A stretch of DNA of 64,000 bases from an uncultured bacterium (GCA_963713955.1 OY970216.1:506252-570251); one strand, 5' to 3'. Numbered from the stretch's first letter, positions 37,943 to 48,137 are shown. A program made the numbers and translations. The notes: generated by a model not told the origin, from the letters alone.

Positions 37943-39246
37943 AGGACGCCATGCTTAAAATTCTGGCTTTTATCCTTAAAAAAGAAGCCAAACTCATAAT
38001 CCTAAAATATAAGCCAACGATAGTCGGTGTAACCGGCAGCGTCGGAAAAACTTCAACTAAAACCGCGGTTGCCTCTGTTCTCAAGGGGGAGCGGAACGTA
38101 AGAACGGCTTCCAAAAATTTCAACAATGAATTCGGCCTTCCGGTCACCATTATCGGCGACTTTGACGACGTCGAAGGAGGTTCTTTTTGGATCAAAGTTC
38201 TCCTAAGGGGAGTTTCCCAGCTTATCATGAAAAAAACCGACTATCCGGAGATACTTGTTCTTGAATACGGCATAGACAGGCCCGGTGACATGGACTATCT
38301 TCTCGACGTCGCGAGGCCGGATGTCGGCATCATAACGGCCATCGGGGAAGTTCCCGTCCACGTCGAATTCTTCGAGGGGCCGCACGGCGTCGTCAAGGAA
38401 AAGAGCAAACTCATAGCCCGGTTGCCGTCGACTGGCTTCGCGATACTGAACTCCGACGACTCAAATTTTCCATTTCTCCGAGAGCAAACAAGAGGGCACG
38501 TCATAACCTACGGCTTCGGCGAAAATGCCGACGTGAGGATCACCAACTTTTCGACGCCGGTTGATGCGGAAAACGGTGAAAGCTCCGTCTCTTTCAAAAT
38601 AAACTACGGAGGAAGTGTCGTGCCGGTCAAAATGCAAAACATTGTCGGCAAGTCCGCTGCCTATGCCGGCGCCGCGGCAGCCGCTTCCGGACTCATATTC
38701 GGGATGAATCTCTCGAAAATCGCCGAAACTCTGGACAAATATCAAAACCCCAGTGGCCGTGAAAGAGTCATAAAAGGAATGGAAAACACGACCATCATAG
38801 ACGACTCGTACAATGCCTCGCCCAAGGCCATGGAAGAAGCGCTCGGGACGCTCAGAGTAATCAAGGCAAAAAGAAAGATAGCGGTCTTGGGGGACATGCT
38901 GGAACTCGGCAAGTATACCAAGGAAGCTCACGAGAAAATAGGAGACCTCGTGCCGAAATCAGCCGACGTGCTCGTAACCGTCGGATCGAGAGCGGAATTC
39001 ATATCCGAGGAAGCGGTCAGAAAGGGAATGCCTCCGAAATCGGTTTTTCACTTCGACAACATCGGCGACGCGGTAAGAGAGCTGAAAAATTTCGTCAAGA
39101 AAGGCGATCTTATACTCGTGAAAGGATCCCAATCCGTCAGGATGGAAAAGATAACTAAAGAATTAATGGCTGAACCCCTGAAAGCTAAAGACCTTTTGGT
39201 TAGGCAATCGGATGTCTGGCTTGCGAAACCAGGGATGTACGAATAA
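37939..39246 (+). CDS. murF: UDP-MurNAc-tripeptide D-Ala-D-Ala ligase
   Basis: TGSVGKTSTK, NNEFGLP, DDSYNASP, GDMLELG, LVKGS. Confidence 0.95.
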   Translation: MKDAMLKILAFILKKEAKLIILKYKPTIVGVTGSVGKTSTKTAVASVLKGERNVRTASKNFNNEFGLPVTIIGDFDDVEGGSFWIKVLLRGVSQLIMKKTDYPEILVLEYGIDRPGDMDYLLDVARPDVGIITAIGEVPVHVEFFEGPHGVVKEKSKLIARLPSTGFAILNSDDSNFPFLREQTRGHVITYGFGENADVRITNFSTPVDAENGESSVSFKINYGGSVVPVKMQNIVGKSAAYAGAAAAASGLIFGMNLSKIAETLDKYQNPSGRERVIKGMENTTIIDDSYNASPKAMEEALGTLRVIKAKRKIAVLGDMLELGKYTKEAHEKIGDLVPKSADVLVTVGSRAEFISEEAVRKGMPPKSVFHFDNIGDAVRELKNFVKKGDLILVKGSQSVRMEKITKELMAEPLKAKDLLVRQSDVWLAKPGMYE

Positions 39247-39248
39247 AC

Positions 39249-39283
39249 TAGGGACTAGGGTGCAGGGGATAGGGTATAGGGGA
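39249..39283 (+). repeat. Five-unit 7-mer tandem repeat (TAGGGNN)
   Basis: TAGGGAC TAGGGTG CAGGGGA TAGGGTA TAGGGGA. Confidence 0.75.
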
Positions 39284-39296
39284 AAAGCGAGAGAAT

Positions 39297-39371
39297 GGCC
39301 TCGTCGTCTAGTCCGGTCTAGGACACATGGTTCTCATCCATGTAACATGGGTTCGAATCCCGTCGAGGCTA
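39297..39371 (+). tRNA. tRNA-Glu(CTC)
   Basis: GGCCTCG/CGAGGCT, CATGG-TT-CTC-AT-CCATG, GGTTCGAATCC. Confidence 0.94.
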
Positions 39372-39387
39372 CTGATATAATGAAGTT

Positions 39388-39717
39388 ATGTTCAGAAAGA
39401 AATCGGCACTCATACTCATAGGCATAAACATCCTCTTTCTCGCCGTAAGCTTGGCCCTCGCGATTTCGGGAGCGGGGAAATTGACATATCCTTCGATCAT
39501 ACATTTCGACAAATGGAATGGCGTGAACTTCCTGGGAGACGAGAGCGATTTCTGGGGAATTTTCCTCACCGGCGTTGCTTTCACGCTCATGAATGCATTC
39601 CTGGCTCTCAAACTGTTTTATAAGGAAAGGGTGACGGCTTATCTCTTTCTCGCGGCCAACATTCTCATATCCATACTCCTCTTGATATTCTCGGCAACCG
39701 TGATCGGAAACAATTAA
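39388..39717 (+). CDS. Small three-TM membrane protein
   Basis: Hydrophobic, IIHFDKWNGVN loop. Confidence 0.7.
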   Translation: MFRKKSALILIGINILFLAVSLALAISGAGKLTYPSIIHFDKWNGVNFLGDESDFWGIFLTGVAFTLMNAFLALKLFYKERVTAYLFLAANILISILLLIFSATVIGNN

Positions 39718-39718
39718 C

Positions 39719-40756
39719 ATGACAACCATCTTGCTTATAGTTCTTATTATCTTGACGCTCGGCCTTCTGATAGCCATCTTTTCCCTGATGCGCAACTTGA
39801 AGAAGCCGAAAGAGAACGGCGAAGGACTGACGCTCCTCCAAAACCAAATGAACGAGATAACGAGGACTTTGGACAATAAACTTTCAGAATCAAACAGAGT
39901 TTTGCAAAGCCAGTTCGGCGAAAGCGCGAAAATCATCAGAGACGTGACTGAGCGTCTCACGAAGCTTGACGAGACCAATAAGCAGGTTATAAATTTCGCC
40001 GACCAGCTCCAATCTCTCCAGGATATCCTGAAAAATCCGAAACAACGGGGGATTTTAGGAGAATACTATTTGGAAACCCTTCTCAAGAACGTCCTGCCTC
40101 CGGGAAGCTACCAAATGCAATATCCGTTCAAGGACGGCACCATCGTCGACGCGGTCGTTTTTGTCAAAGACAAGATCATCTGCATCGACTCCAAATTTTC
40201 GCTCGAAAACTACAACCGCCTCATCGACGAAAAAGATCCTGCCGAACGGGAACGGCTGGAAAAATCGTTCAAAACCGACCTCAAAAACCGCATCGACGAG
40301 ACAAGCAAGTACGTCAAGCCGGACGAAGGGACCATGGACTTTGCGTTCATGTTTATACCCCACGAAGCGATTTACTATGATCTCCTTATCGCGCAAGTCG
40401 GCGCCGTCAAGGTGAATACACGCGACCTCATCGAATACGCCTTCAAGGACAAGCACGTCATCATCGTTTCGCCGACGTCGTTCCTCGCATATCTCCAAAC
40501 CGTTCTCCAAGGCTTGAAAGCGCTTCAGATAGAAGAGTCGGCGAAAGAAATACGCAAAAATGTGGAAACGTTGAGCCGGCACCTTCTTTCCTACGACGAA
40601 TTCGTCAAAAGATTGGGAGGAAGTCTCGAAACAACCGTCAAAACATACAACAACGCCTATAAGGAACTCGGAAAAATAAACAAAGACATGCTGCGCATCA
40701 CGGGAGAAGACGCAGGGATAGAACCTTTGGCCGTGGAACCCCCCGCGGAAGAATGA
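39719..40756 (+). CDS. rmuC: DNA recombination protein RmuC
   Basis: PKQRGILGE, IDSKFSL, TMDFAFMFIP, IVSPTS. Confidence 0.95.
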   Translation: MTTILLIVLIILTLGLLIAIFSLMRNLKKPKENGEGLTLLQNQMNEITRTLDNKLSESNRVLQSQFGESAKIIRDVTERLTKLDETNKQVINFADQLQSLQDILKNPKQRGILGEYYLETLLKNVLPPGSYQMQYPFKDGTIVDAVVFVKDKIICIDSKFSLENYNRLIDEKDPAERERLEKSFKTDLKNRIDETSKYVKPDEGTMDFAFMFIPHEAIYYDLLIAQVGAVKVNTRDLIEYAFKDKHVIIVSPTSFLAYLQTVLQGLKALQIEESAKEIRKNVETLSRHLLSYDEFVKRLGGSLETTVKTYNNAYKELGKINKDMLRITGEDAGIEPLAVEPPAEE

Positions 40757-41400
40757 CGATGGATCAAAAACTCCTCCTCGATCAGAAATGGAAGAAGCTC
40801 ATGAAACTCGCGGGCTATTTCAGATTCGTGCCGTTCCTCGACTTTGCCGTCGCGACCGGCTCGATGGCCGTGGGGAACGTGAAAGAGAGCTCCGATTTCG
40901 ACGCTTTAATCTCCGTGGAGAAGGGGAGAATATTCACCGTACGGTACATTATCAATTTCGTCTTCTCGCTCTTGGGGAAAAGGCGATTGGACGATCTGGA
41001 GGATTCAAGTCCGGACAAGCTCTGCTTCAATCATTTCGTGACCGAGGAAACCTGGAGGATAAAACCCATAAATTCCTTGAGTGTGACTATTTCCAGGAAT
41101 TGGGTGCCGCTCTGGGGAAACAAGGAAAAAATTAAAAAATTCTTAAAAATCAATTCCACCACTGAAGAAAACTTGGAGGGAAATCTCCTTGATCTCCGCT
41201 TCAGCGAAAAGCCGAAAAGCGTGGCGGCGAAGATAGCCGAAAAGGCGCTCGGGGGGAGGGGAGGCGACTTCCTGGAAAATAAAGTCATCGGTGTCATATC
41301 CAGAAAACGTCTCGGAAAATACCTGGCGGGCAAACCGAGAGGCGAGCGCGTAATCGTGAGCGAGAAAGAAATGGAATTCCATTTCAATCCAAAATTCTGA
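40753..41400 (+). CDS. Nucleotidyltransferase-fold hypothetical protein
   Basis: TGSMA...SDFD motif; DKLCFNHF. Confidence 0.6.
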   Translation: MTMDQKLLLDQKWKKLMKLAGYFRFVPFLDFAVATGSMAVGNVKESSDFDALISVEKGRIFTVRYIINFVFSLLGKRRLDDLEDSSPDKLCFNHFVTEETWRIKPINSLSVTISRNWVPLWGNKEKIKKFLKINSTTEENLEGNLLDLRFSEKPKSVAAKIAEKALGGRGGDFLENKVIGVISRKRLGKYLAGKPRGERVIVSEKEMEFHFNPKF

Positions 41401-41410
41401 ACAAGACAAC

Positions 41411-42016
41411 ATGTTTGCGCTCATATCAAATCTGGTCATTGAGATAATCAAGTACTTAGGCTATCCCGGCATCTTCCTTTTGATGACCTTGGAGAGCGTG
41501 AATATTCCCATCCCCTCTGAAATCATCATGCCTTTTTCCGGATTCCTGGCCCTCCAAGGCAACTTGAATTTTTGGCTTGTCGCACTCATGGGAACCTTGG
41601 GAAATATGGCTGGTGCGTTCCTATCGTATTTCCTCGCCGAATGGATATTGGAGATCAGGGGGAAATACAAGATACTTCAGGTCATCCTTTCCCACCGGCA
41701 CCTTGAAAAAACCGACGCGTGGTTCAAAAAATACGGCTCATACTCCATATTCTTCGGAAGGATCATTCCGATGGTCCGAACGTTCATATCCCTCCCGGCC
41801 GGCATCGCGAAGATGAATGCAATTAAGTTTACGTACCTCACGTTTCTCGGCTCTTTCCTCTGGTCGGCGTTTTTGACCTACATTGGATTTTTCCTCGGAA
41901 ACAACTGGACGATAATCCAAGAATATTTCAAAGAACTGGATTACGTGATACTCGTCGTCATCGCCGCCGCCCTGCTCTACTGGCTTATCGCAAGGAGAAA
42001 GAGAAAACGAACTTAA
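41411..42016 (+). CDS. DedA family membrane protein
   Basis: PIPSEIIMPFSG, GRIIPMVRTFISLPAG. Confidence 0.93.
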   Translation: MFALISNLVIEIIKYLGYPGIFLLMTLESVNIPIPSEIIMPFSGFLALQGNLNFWLVALMGTLGNMAGAFLSYFLAEWILEIRGKYKILQVILSHRHLEKTDAWFKKYGSYSIFFGRIIPMVRTFISLPAGIAKMNAIKFTYLTFLGSFLWSAFLTYIGFFLGNNWTIIQEYFKELDYVILVVIAAALLYWLIARRKRKRT

Positions 42017-42026
42017 TTTGTACGAA

Positions 42027-42108
42027 CGCCACCATATTCCGAAGAAGGCTTTTTTAGTGAGGAGGATTTATTCGAAAGAAAAACTCGCCGATGAGGGATA
42101 TGGCGGCG
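42027..42108. repeat. Short element with 14-nt imperfect terminal inverted repeats
   Basis: CGCCACCATATTCC ... GGGATATGGCGGCG. Confidence 0.55.
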
Positions 42109-42149
42109 GGAGAACCCCTTGCGTTTTTTCCCGAAGTATGCTATCATAA

Positions 42150-42258
42150 GTCGTGTGTGAGTGTTAGGCTTTCCCTGTTCTCAAGAGGCGACTCGCGAGG
42201 AAATCCAAGGAAAGCCCTCAATAGTTTCCAAGAGCCCCGCAAGGGGCTCTGGTTTTTT
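42150..42258 (+). ncRNA. Candidate small structured RNA with its own promoter and terminator
   Basis: TTGCGT-17-TATCAT promoter, GGCTTTCC/GGAAAGCC hairpin, AGAGCCCC-GCAA-GGGGCTCT-T6 terminator. Confidence 0.45.
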
Positions 42259-42438
42259 ATGGAAATGGCGTTATTCTTAATATGCAGCGGAAAAACCGGA
42301 GTCGGACTTTCTCTGCGGCCACGGTTGAGCACTCACACAACAAAAAACTAAGGAGGTCACCACCGCGGCCGCAGAGGCGGCCCGACCGGATATTGGAACA
42401 CCTCACGGCGTCCCGACATCCTAAGCGTTGACTAAAAA

Positions 42439-44946
42439 ATGGAAATCCTCACCAAGCTTTTCAAAGACAACAATCTCAAAAGATACGAGCGCACCGCCGA
42501 GAAAATCAATTCGCTTGAACCGGAAATTGAACGCCTGAACGCGGAAGAACTCAAGGAAGAAATGCTGAAGCTGAAAGAAGAGTTGAGAAACGGGAAAAAA
42601 CCGGATGACATCCTGCCGCGCTCTTTCGCCCTTACGAGGGAAGCGGCAAAAAGAACCCTGAAGCAGAGGCATTTCGACGTTCAGATGGTGGGCGGCATGG
42701 CTCTCCACGAGGGAAAAATCGCCGAAATGAGGACCGGCGAAGGCAAAACGCTTGCGGCGACGCTCCCCACGGCCCTCAACGCCGCGACGGGGAGGGGTGC
42801 CCACGTGATAACCGTGAACGATTACCTTGCCAAGAGAGACACGGTCTGGATGGGGCAGATATACTACGCGTTGGGCTTCACGATCGCGTGCTTAGTCCAC
42901 GACGCGGCCTACGTCTACGACCCGTCGTTCGTGGGAGAAGAAAACCTGGACAAGGAACGGGACGCCATCGGCGGCTTCAAGGTCGTCGAAAAGTTTCTCC
43001 GGCCCGTCTCCCGAAAAGAAGCTTACGCTTCGGACATCACCTACGGCACCAACCACGAATTCGGCTTTGACTACCTGCGGGACAATCTGGCCGTCCGACT
43101 CGAAGACAAGGTACAAAGGGATTTTCATTACGCGATCATAGACGAAGTGGACAGCATCTTGATAGACGAGGCGAGAACGCCTCTGATCATCGCCGGCCCC
43201 GACCAAGAGTCGAGCGAATACTACCGGGTTTTCGCCCGCATTGTCTCAAACCTCGAGGAAGAAACCGATTACACCGTCGACGAGAAATTGAGGGCCGTGT
43301 CGATAACCGAACCCGGCATAGAAAAGACGGAAAAACTGGCCAACGTCCAAAACATCTACGCGCCGGAGAATCTGCGTCTTGTCCATTTTCTCCAGGAAAG
43401 CCTCAAAGCCAAAGCGCTCTTCAAGCGGGACAAGGATTACATCGTCAAAAACGGGGAAGTCGTGATCGTCGACGAATTCACCGGCCGGATGCTCATGGGG
43501 AGGAGGTATTCCGGGGGGCTCCACCAAGCCATAGAGGCCAAAGAAGGAGTGAATGTGCGGCAAGAAGACCGAACATACGCCCAGATCACCATCCAGAACT
43601 ATTTCCGCCTTTATGAAAAAATAGCGGGCATGACCGGGACGGCCGAGACTTCCGCCGAAGAATTCAACAAAGTTTACAACCTGGACGTCGTGACGATCCC
43701 CACCAACAAAAAGATGATACGGGAAGATCTGCCTGATGCAATCTATAAAACAAAAAAAGCGAAATATGAAGCGATCGTCAGAGAGATAAAGGAACAAAAA
43801 GAAAAAGGCAGGCCGATTCTCGTCGGAACGACGTCAATAGCCAACAATGAGATCATTTCTTCTTATCTCGCGAAAGCCGGGATACCACACGAGGTCCTGA
43901 ACGCCAAAAACCACGAACGCGAGGGAATGATCATTGCGCAGGCGGGGCGCGCGGGCGCCGTGACCGTCGCGACCAACATGGCCGGCCGCGGCGTCGACAT
44001 CGTCCTCGGAGGCAATCCGCCCGACCCCGATGAAGCGGAAAGAATAAAAGCAGCCGGCGGGCTCCTCGTCGTCGGAACCGAACGGCACGAGGCGAGGAGG
44101 ATTGACAACCAACTTCGCGGGCGCGCCGGGAGGCAGGGAGATCCCGGCTCGACGGAATTTTTCCTCTCCCTCGAAGACGATCTCATGCGCATCTTCGGAG
44201 GCGACCGGATCAAGCACCTCATGGAAACTCTGAACTTCCCGGAAGACGTTCCCATCCAATCCAAAACGGTCATGAGGGCGATCAACCAAGCTCAGGTCAA
44301 AGTCGAGGGAGCAAACTTCGACATCCGGAAGCATCTCCTAGATTTCGACGATGTATTGAACAAACAGAGAGCGGCAATTTACAACAAAAGGACCAAAATA
44401 CTGGAAGCGGGGGACAAGAATGAAATATTGTCAATTGTGAGGGAAATGATCGGTAATTTTGTTTCCGAAAACGTGGCCGCTCTGAAAAACAAATTGGAAT
44501 TGAATCCGGAGGAAAAAGAACAAACCGAAAAACAGATAAGCGAGTTGGAGAACAAAGCGTCAAAAATCCCGGAAAGCATCGACCAACTCAAATCCACGGT
44601 GATAGCCCAGCAAATCGTGAGGATGATGGATGCGCTCTGGATCGATCACTTGGAAAACCTCGAAGGATTGAGGGAGTCGGTGAACATCCGCGCTTACGGA
44701 CAGCACGATCCGCTCATCGAGTACCGTCGGGAAGCCTACCTCCAGTTCCAAGAGTTCAACAAGGCTCTCGAATCATTGGTGTATGGCACGGTATTCCAGA
44801 TTTTCGACATGGACCTCGGCAAAATGTTCGTGCCCCAAAACGCCGCGCCGCGCGAGACTCCGCCGCCGGAATTCAAGAACATCGGCAGGAATGACCCCTG
44901 CTGGTGCGGGAGCGGTTTGAAATACAAAAAATGCCACGGAAAATAA
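42439..44946 (+). CDS. secA: Preprotein translocase SecA
   Basis: MRTGEGKT, DEVDSILIDEAR, ATNMAGRG, SEC-C motif GRNDPCWCGSG. Confidence 0.98.
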   Translation: MEILTKLFKDNNLKRYERTAEKINSLEPEIERLNAEELKEEMLKLKEELRNGKKPDDILPRSFALTREAAKRTLKQRHFDVQMVGGMALHEGKIAEMRTGEGKTLAATLPTALNAATGRGAHVITVNDYLAKRDTVWMGQIYYALGFTIACLVHDAAYVYDPSFVGEENLDKERDAIGGFKVVEKFLRPVSRKEAYASDITYGTNHEFGFDYLRDNLAVRLEDKVQRDFHYAIIDEVDSILIDEARTPLIIAGPDQESSEYYRVFARIVSNLEEETDYTVDEKLRAVSITEPGIEKTEKLANVQNIYAPENLRLVHFLQESLKAKALFKRDKDYIVKNGEVVIVDEFTGRMLMGRRYSGGLHQAIEAKEGVNVRQEDRTYAQITIQNYFRLYEKIAGMTGTAETSAEEFNKVYNLDVVTIPTNKKMIREDLPDAIYKTKKAKYEAIVREIKEQKEKGRPILVGTTSIANNEIISSYLAKAGIPHEVLNAKNHEREGMIIAQAGRAGAVTVATNMAGRGVDIVLGGNPPDPDEAERIKAAGGLLVVGTERHEARRIDNQLRGRAGRQGDPGSTEFFLSLEDDLMRIFGGDRIKHLMETLNFPEDVPIQSKTVMRAINQAQVKVEGANFDIRKHLLDFDDVLNKQRAAIYNKRTKILEAGDKNEILSIVREMIGNFVSENVAALKNKLELNPEEKEQTEKQISELENKASKIPESIDQLKSTVIAQQIVRMMDALWIDHLENLEGLRESVNIRAYGQHDPLIEYRREAYLQFQEFNKALESLVYGTVFQIFDMDLGKMFVPQNAAPRETPPPEFKNIGRNDPCWCGSGLKYKKCHGK

Positions 44947-45584
44947 GCGAACTATACGATAAATACAAAATACCGACGTCACTCCGGACGCACATGATAA
45001 GAGTCGCCGGCGTCGCTTCGATCATCTGCCGGAACTTCAAAGGACCCATCGAAACGGACGAGATCATATCAGCGTGCCTTTTGCACGACATGGGAAACAT
45101 CATCAAATTCAACTTGGACGCCCTTCCAGAACTTCTGGAACCAGAAGGGAAGGGTTACTGGTCCCTCATCCAGAAGGACTTTATAGCCCGGTACGGTAAC
45201 GACGAACACAAGGCGACTCTCGCGATCGCGAAGGAAGCGGAGATCTCCGACCGGGTGTACAATTTGATAAAATCTTTCGGGTTCGGAAAAGCGTGCGAAC
45301 GGGCCGAGGACGACGACTTCCCGAAGAAAATATGCAATTATTCCGACCAACGAGTCGGGCCGTTCGGCGTTTTATCACTCAAAGAAAGGATACGGGAAGG
45401 AAGCAACCGATTCATTGCGTCAGGCAGAAAGCCGCCCGAAGACGAAAGGTCGTTCGAAGAATCGGTATCCTGCTTGGGAAATCTCGAGAAACAGGTTTTT
45501 GACCGATGTTCCCTGAAACCCGAGGATATCACCGACTCATTGGTGGAAACCGAGACAAAAAACATCCAAGCATTCTGGATGTAA
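44931..45584 (+). CDS. HD-domain protein
   Basis: THMIRVA, CLLHDMGN, YSDQR. Confidence 0.8.
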   Translation: MPRKISELYDKYKIPTSLRTHMIRVAGVASIICRNFKGPIETDEIISACLLHDMGNIIKFNLDALPELLEPEGKGYWSLIQKDFIARYGNDEHKATLAIAKEAEISDRVYNLIKSFGFGKACERAEDDDFPKKICNYSDQRVGPFGVLSLKERIREGSNRFIASGRKPPEDERSFEESVSCLGNLEKQVFDRCSLKPEDITDSLVETETKNIQAFWM

Positions 45585-45648
45585 AAACAATGACAAGAAT
45601 TCTGCCCCTGGTGGGGCAACTTGAATAAGCACAAAAAGCGGAGGTAAG

Positions 45649-46110
45649 ATGAAAAACGTGGACACAGACAAAAAATATCCAAGGGTCGGCGCGGGAGCGA
45701 TGATTTTGAAAGACGGGAAGGTGCTCCTCGGAAAAAGACACGACGACCCCGAAAAGGCATCGAGCGCTCTCCACGGGGAAGGTACGTGGACGATGCCCGG
45801 CGGGAAAATCGATTTTCAGGAAAAAATCGACGATGGCATCCTCCGCGAGGTGTTCGAAGAAACCGGTGTCAGGATAAAAAAAGAAGATTTGAAACTCTTA
45901 AGCGTCACGAACGACATCGTCAAAGACGCTCATTTCGTGACGATCGGGTTTCTCTGCGAGAAATTCGAAGGAGAACCCCGCGCGATGGAACCCGATGAAA
46001 TCGTCGAATGGCGATGGTTTCCGATAAACGGCCTTCCCGCGCCGATGTACCCCACGAGCAAAAAAATGATCGAACATTACCTTGCAAAGAAGATTTACAT
46101 AACATCATGA
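45649..46110 (+). CDS. NUDIX hydrolase (paralog of 19081)
   Basis: PGGK...REVFEETG; MEPDEI. Confidence 0.92.
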   Translation: MKNVDTDKKYPRVGAGAMILKDGKVLLGKRHDDPEKASSALHGEGTWTMPGGKIDFQEKIDDGILREVFEETGVRIKKEDLKLLSVTNDIVKDAHFVTIGFLCEKFEGEPRAMEPDEIVEWRWFPINGLPAPMYPTSKKMIEHYLAKKIYITS

Positions 46111-46586
46111 GCCCTCCGCGCATGAAAAAACTGCTCACCCTTTGCATAATATACGAACACCCCCGGATACTCCTTGGCATGAAAAAACGGGGGTTCGGCA
46201 AGGGGAGGTGGAATGGCTTCGGCGGGAAGGTGGAAAAGGGAGAAACAATAGAAGAAGCGGCAAAACGAGAACTAACCGAGGAAGTTGGCGTTATGCCCCA
46301 TTCTCTCGAGAAGCGCGGCATCATCGAATTCGAATTCAAGGACAATCCCGAGATTCTAGAGATGCATATTTTCTGCGTAAACGGTTTCGCCGGGACGCCG
46401 AAAGAAAGCGACGAGATGAAACCCCAGTGGTTTGACGTAAGCGAGATTCCCTTCGATTCAATGTGGTCGGATGACAAATATTGGCTGCCATCGTTTCTGA
46501 ACGACAAAAAATTCAAAGGTAAATTTTTCTTCGACGTCTCCGAAAATGTCATCGACAAAGAATTTGACGAAGTCGAGAATTTATGA
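46107..46586 (+). CDS. MTH1/MutT-like 8-oxo-dGTPase
   Basis: LLGMKKRGFGKGRWNGFGGKVEKGE..REL.EE; MWSDD..WLP. Confidence 0.9.
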   Translation: MSPPRMKKLLTLCIIYEHPRILLGMKKRGFGKGRWNGFGGKVEKGETIEEAAKRELTEEVGVMPHSLEKRGIIEFEFKDNPEILEMHIFCVNGFAGTPKESDEMKPQWFDVSEIPFDSMWSDDKYWLPSFLNDKKFKGKFFFDVSENVIDKEFDEVENL

Positions 46587-47044
46587 AACCCAAGAGATTC
46601 AAACCCAAACGAGGACAAGTTGACTATCGCCACATCCACTGGGCGCCAGTCATAAACTGTGTATTGAAATGCGGCGACAAGATTCTCTTGGTCCACCGGA
46701 ACAAGAACATGAACTTGTACCCCGGATACTGGAGCGGCATCTCGGGATTTCTCGACGACGACAAAAGCCTCGAAGAGAAAGTCGCCGAGGAAGTAAAGGA
46801 GGAATTGGGCATCGACAAGAAAAAGATAGTGAAAATAAAACTGGGAGAAATATTCGACCAGGAAGACCCCGCAAACAAAAAGACCTGGATTGTCCATCCC
46901 GTATTTGTGGAAATCAAGCCGGGTGAGATAAAATTGAATTGGGAAGCCGAAGGTTATCGATGGATCAAGCCAAGAGAAGCACAAAAACTGAAACTGATAC
47001 CGAATTTCGACAAAGTTCTCGAAAAACTATCACAATGGCTGTGA
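46583..47044 (+). CDS. NUDIX-fold protein
   Basis: YPGYWSGISG...EEVKEELG; LNWE. Confidence 0.8.
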   Translation: MKPKRFKPKRGQVDYRHIHWAPVINCVLKCGDKILLVHRNKNMNLYPGYWSGISGFLDDDKSLEEKVAEEVKEELGIDKKKIVKIKLGEIFDQEDPANKKTWIVHPVFVEIKPGEIKLNWEAEGYRWIKPREAQKLKLIPNFDKVLEKLSQWL

Positions 47045-47580
47045 AAAAAAGAAAATCAAAGAAAAAGAAGCTGGTCGTCGTCGCCGTGAGCGGTGGCTTC
47101 GACCCGCTCCACATCGGTCATACCCGACTTTTCCGCCACGCGCGAACGTTAGGCGACAAGCTAGTCGTTATTCTCAACAATGACCACTGGCTCCGTAAGA
47201 AGAGAGGATTTGTGTTCATGTCGGAGCATGAAAGAAAGGAAGTCATTGAGGCGCTCCGCGATGTTGATCGTGTTATCCTCACGAAACACCCAAGGAACCC
47301 GAAAGGTCCCGAAGATATGAGCGTTAGTCGCGAACTTCGGAAACTCATGCCGGACATCTTCGTAAACGGCGGAGACCGGAACGAAAAAGACGCAGCAAAC
47401 CCCGCCTCATCGCTTTACCACGACGTCAATACCTGCAGGGCGCTCGGAATCAAAATGATATTCAATGTCGGCCACGGGGGCAAGATACAATCAAGCTCGT
47501 GGCTCCTCGCCGAATACGCGGATAACCTGCACCGCCAATCAAAGGCTGAACGGAGAAAAAAATGGAAGAAAAAGAAGTAA
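47035..47580 (+). CDS. Cytidylyltransferase family protein
   Basis: SGGFDPLHIGH, ERKE, NGGDR, KIQSSS. Confidence 0.88.
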   Translation: MAVKKRKSKKKKLVVVAVSGGFDPLHIGHTRLFRHARTLGDKLVVILNNDHWLRKKRGFVFMSEHERKEVIEALRDVDRVILTKHPRNPKGPEDMSVSRELRKLMPDIFVNGGDRNEKDAANPASSLYHDVNTCRALGIKMIFNVGHGGKIQSSSWLLAEYADNLHRQSKAERRKKWKKKK

Positions 47581-48137
47581 AGTTCCTCAACATTGACAAG
47601 GAGGAGTTGGAGAAAAAGCTTGAGGAAATCGGCGCTCGAAAAGCAGGGGATTATTTTTACAAGAGGATAGTTTTCGATTACCCCGATTTCCGCTTGAACA
47701 AAAGCGGTGCATGGATCCGTCTCCGCGACGAGGGGGACAGAATAACGTTGTCGTTCAAGCAGAGACTCGGCATAAAATCGGATAAGGGCGACGACGAGGG
47801 GATGAAAGAGATCGAGGTCGTCGTCGACGACTTCGACAAAACCGCTACGCTTCTTTCCGAGCTTGGATTCATCGAAAAGCACTATGCCGAGAACAAGAGA
47901 ACCCGCTGGGAGAAGGACGGCGTGGAATTCGACATTGACACCTGGCCGGCTCTGGAACCCTACCTTGAAATAGAATCATCGACATGGGAAAAAGTGGAGG
48001 AAGCGATCAGTTGGTTGGGGTTGAATCCCGCGGACAAAAGAATATTCTCCGCGAACCAAATTTACAAAATGAAGGGTATTAACGTGATCGACTATGTCCA
48101 CTTCGGCTTCGATAAACTTGTAAAAAGAGAGAAATGA
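47562..48137 (+). CDS. CYTH-domain protein
   Basis: EKEVKF, WIRLRDEG, YLEIES. Confidence 0.88.
   Translation: MEEKEVKFLNIDKEELEKKLEEIGARKAGDYFYKRIVFDYPDFRLNKSGAWIRLRDEGDRITLSFKQRLGIKSDKGDDEGMKEIEVVVDDFDKTATLLSELGFIEKHYAENKRTRWEKDGVEFDIDTWPALEPYLEIESSTWEKVEEAISWLGLNPADKRIFSANQIYKMKGINVIDYVHFGFDKLVKREK

Noticed and set aside
42150-42400. RNase P RNA on the minus strand (GAGAAAGTCCGACTCC resembles GAGGAAAGTCC)
   Set aside because: The motif is imperfect, is explained by a simple hairpin, and has no convincing 3' ACAGAA..CGGCTTA partner; left as an unknown RNA.
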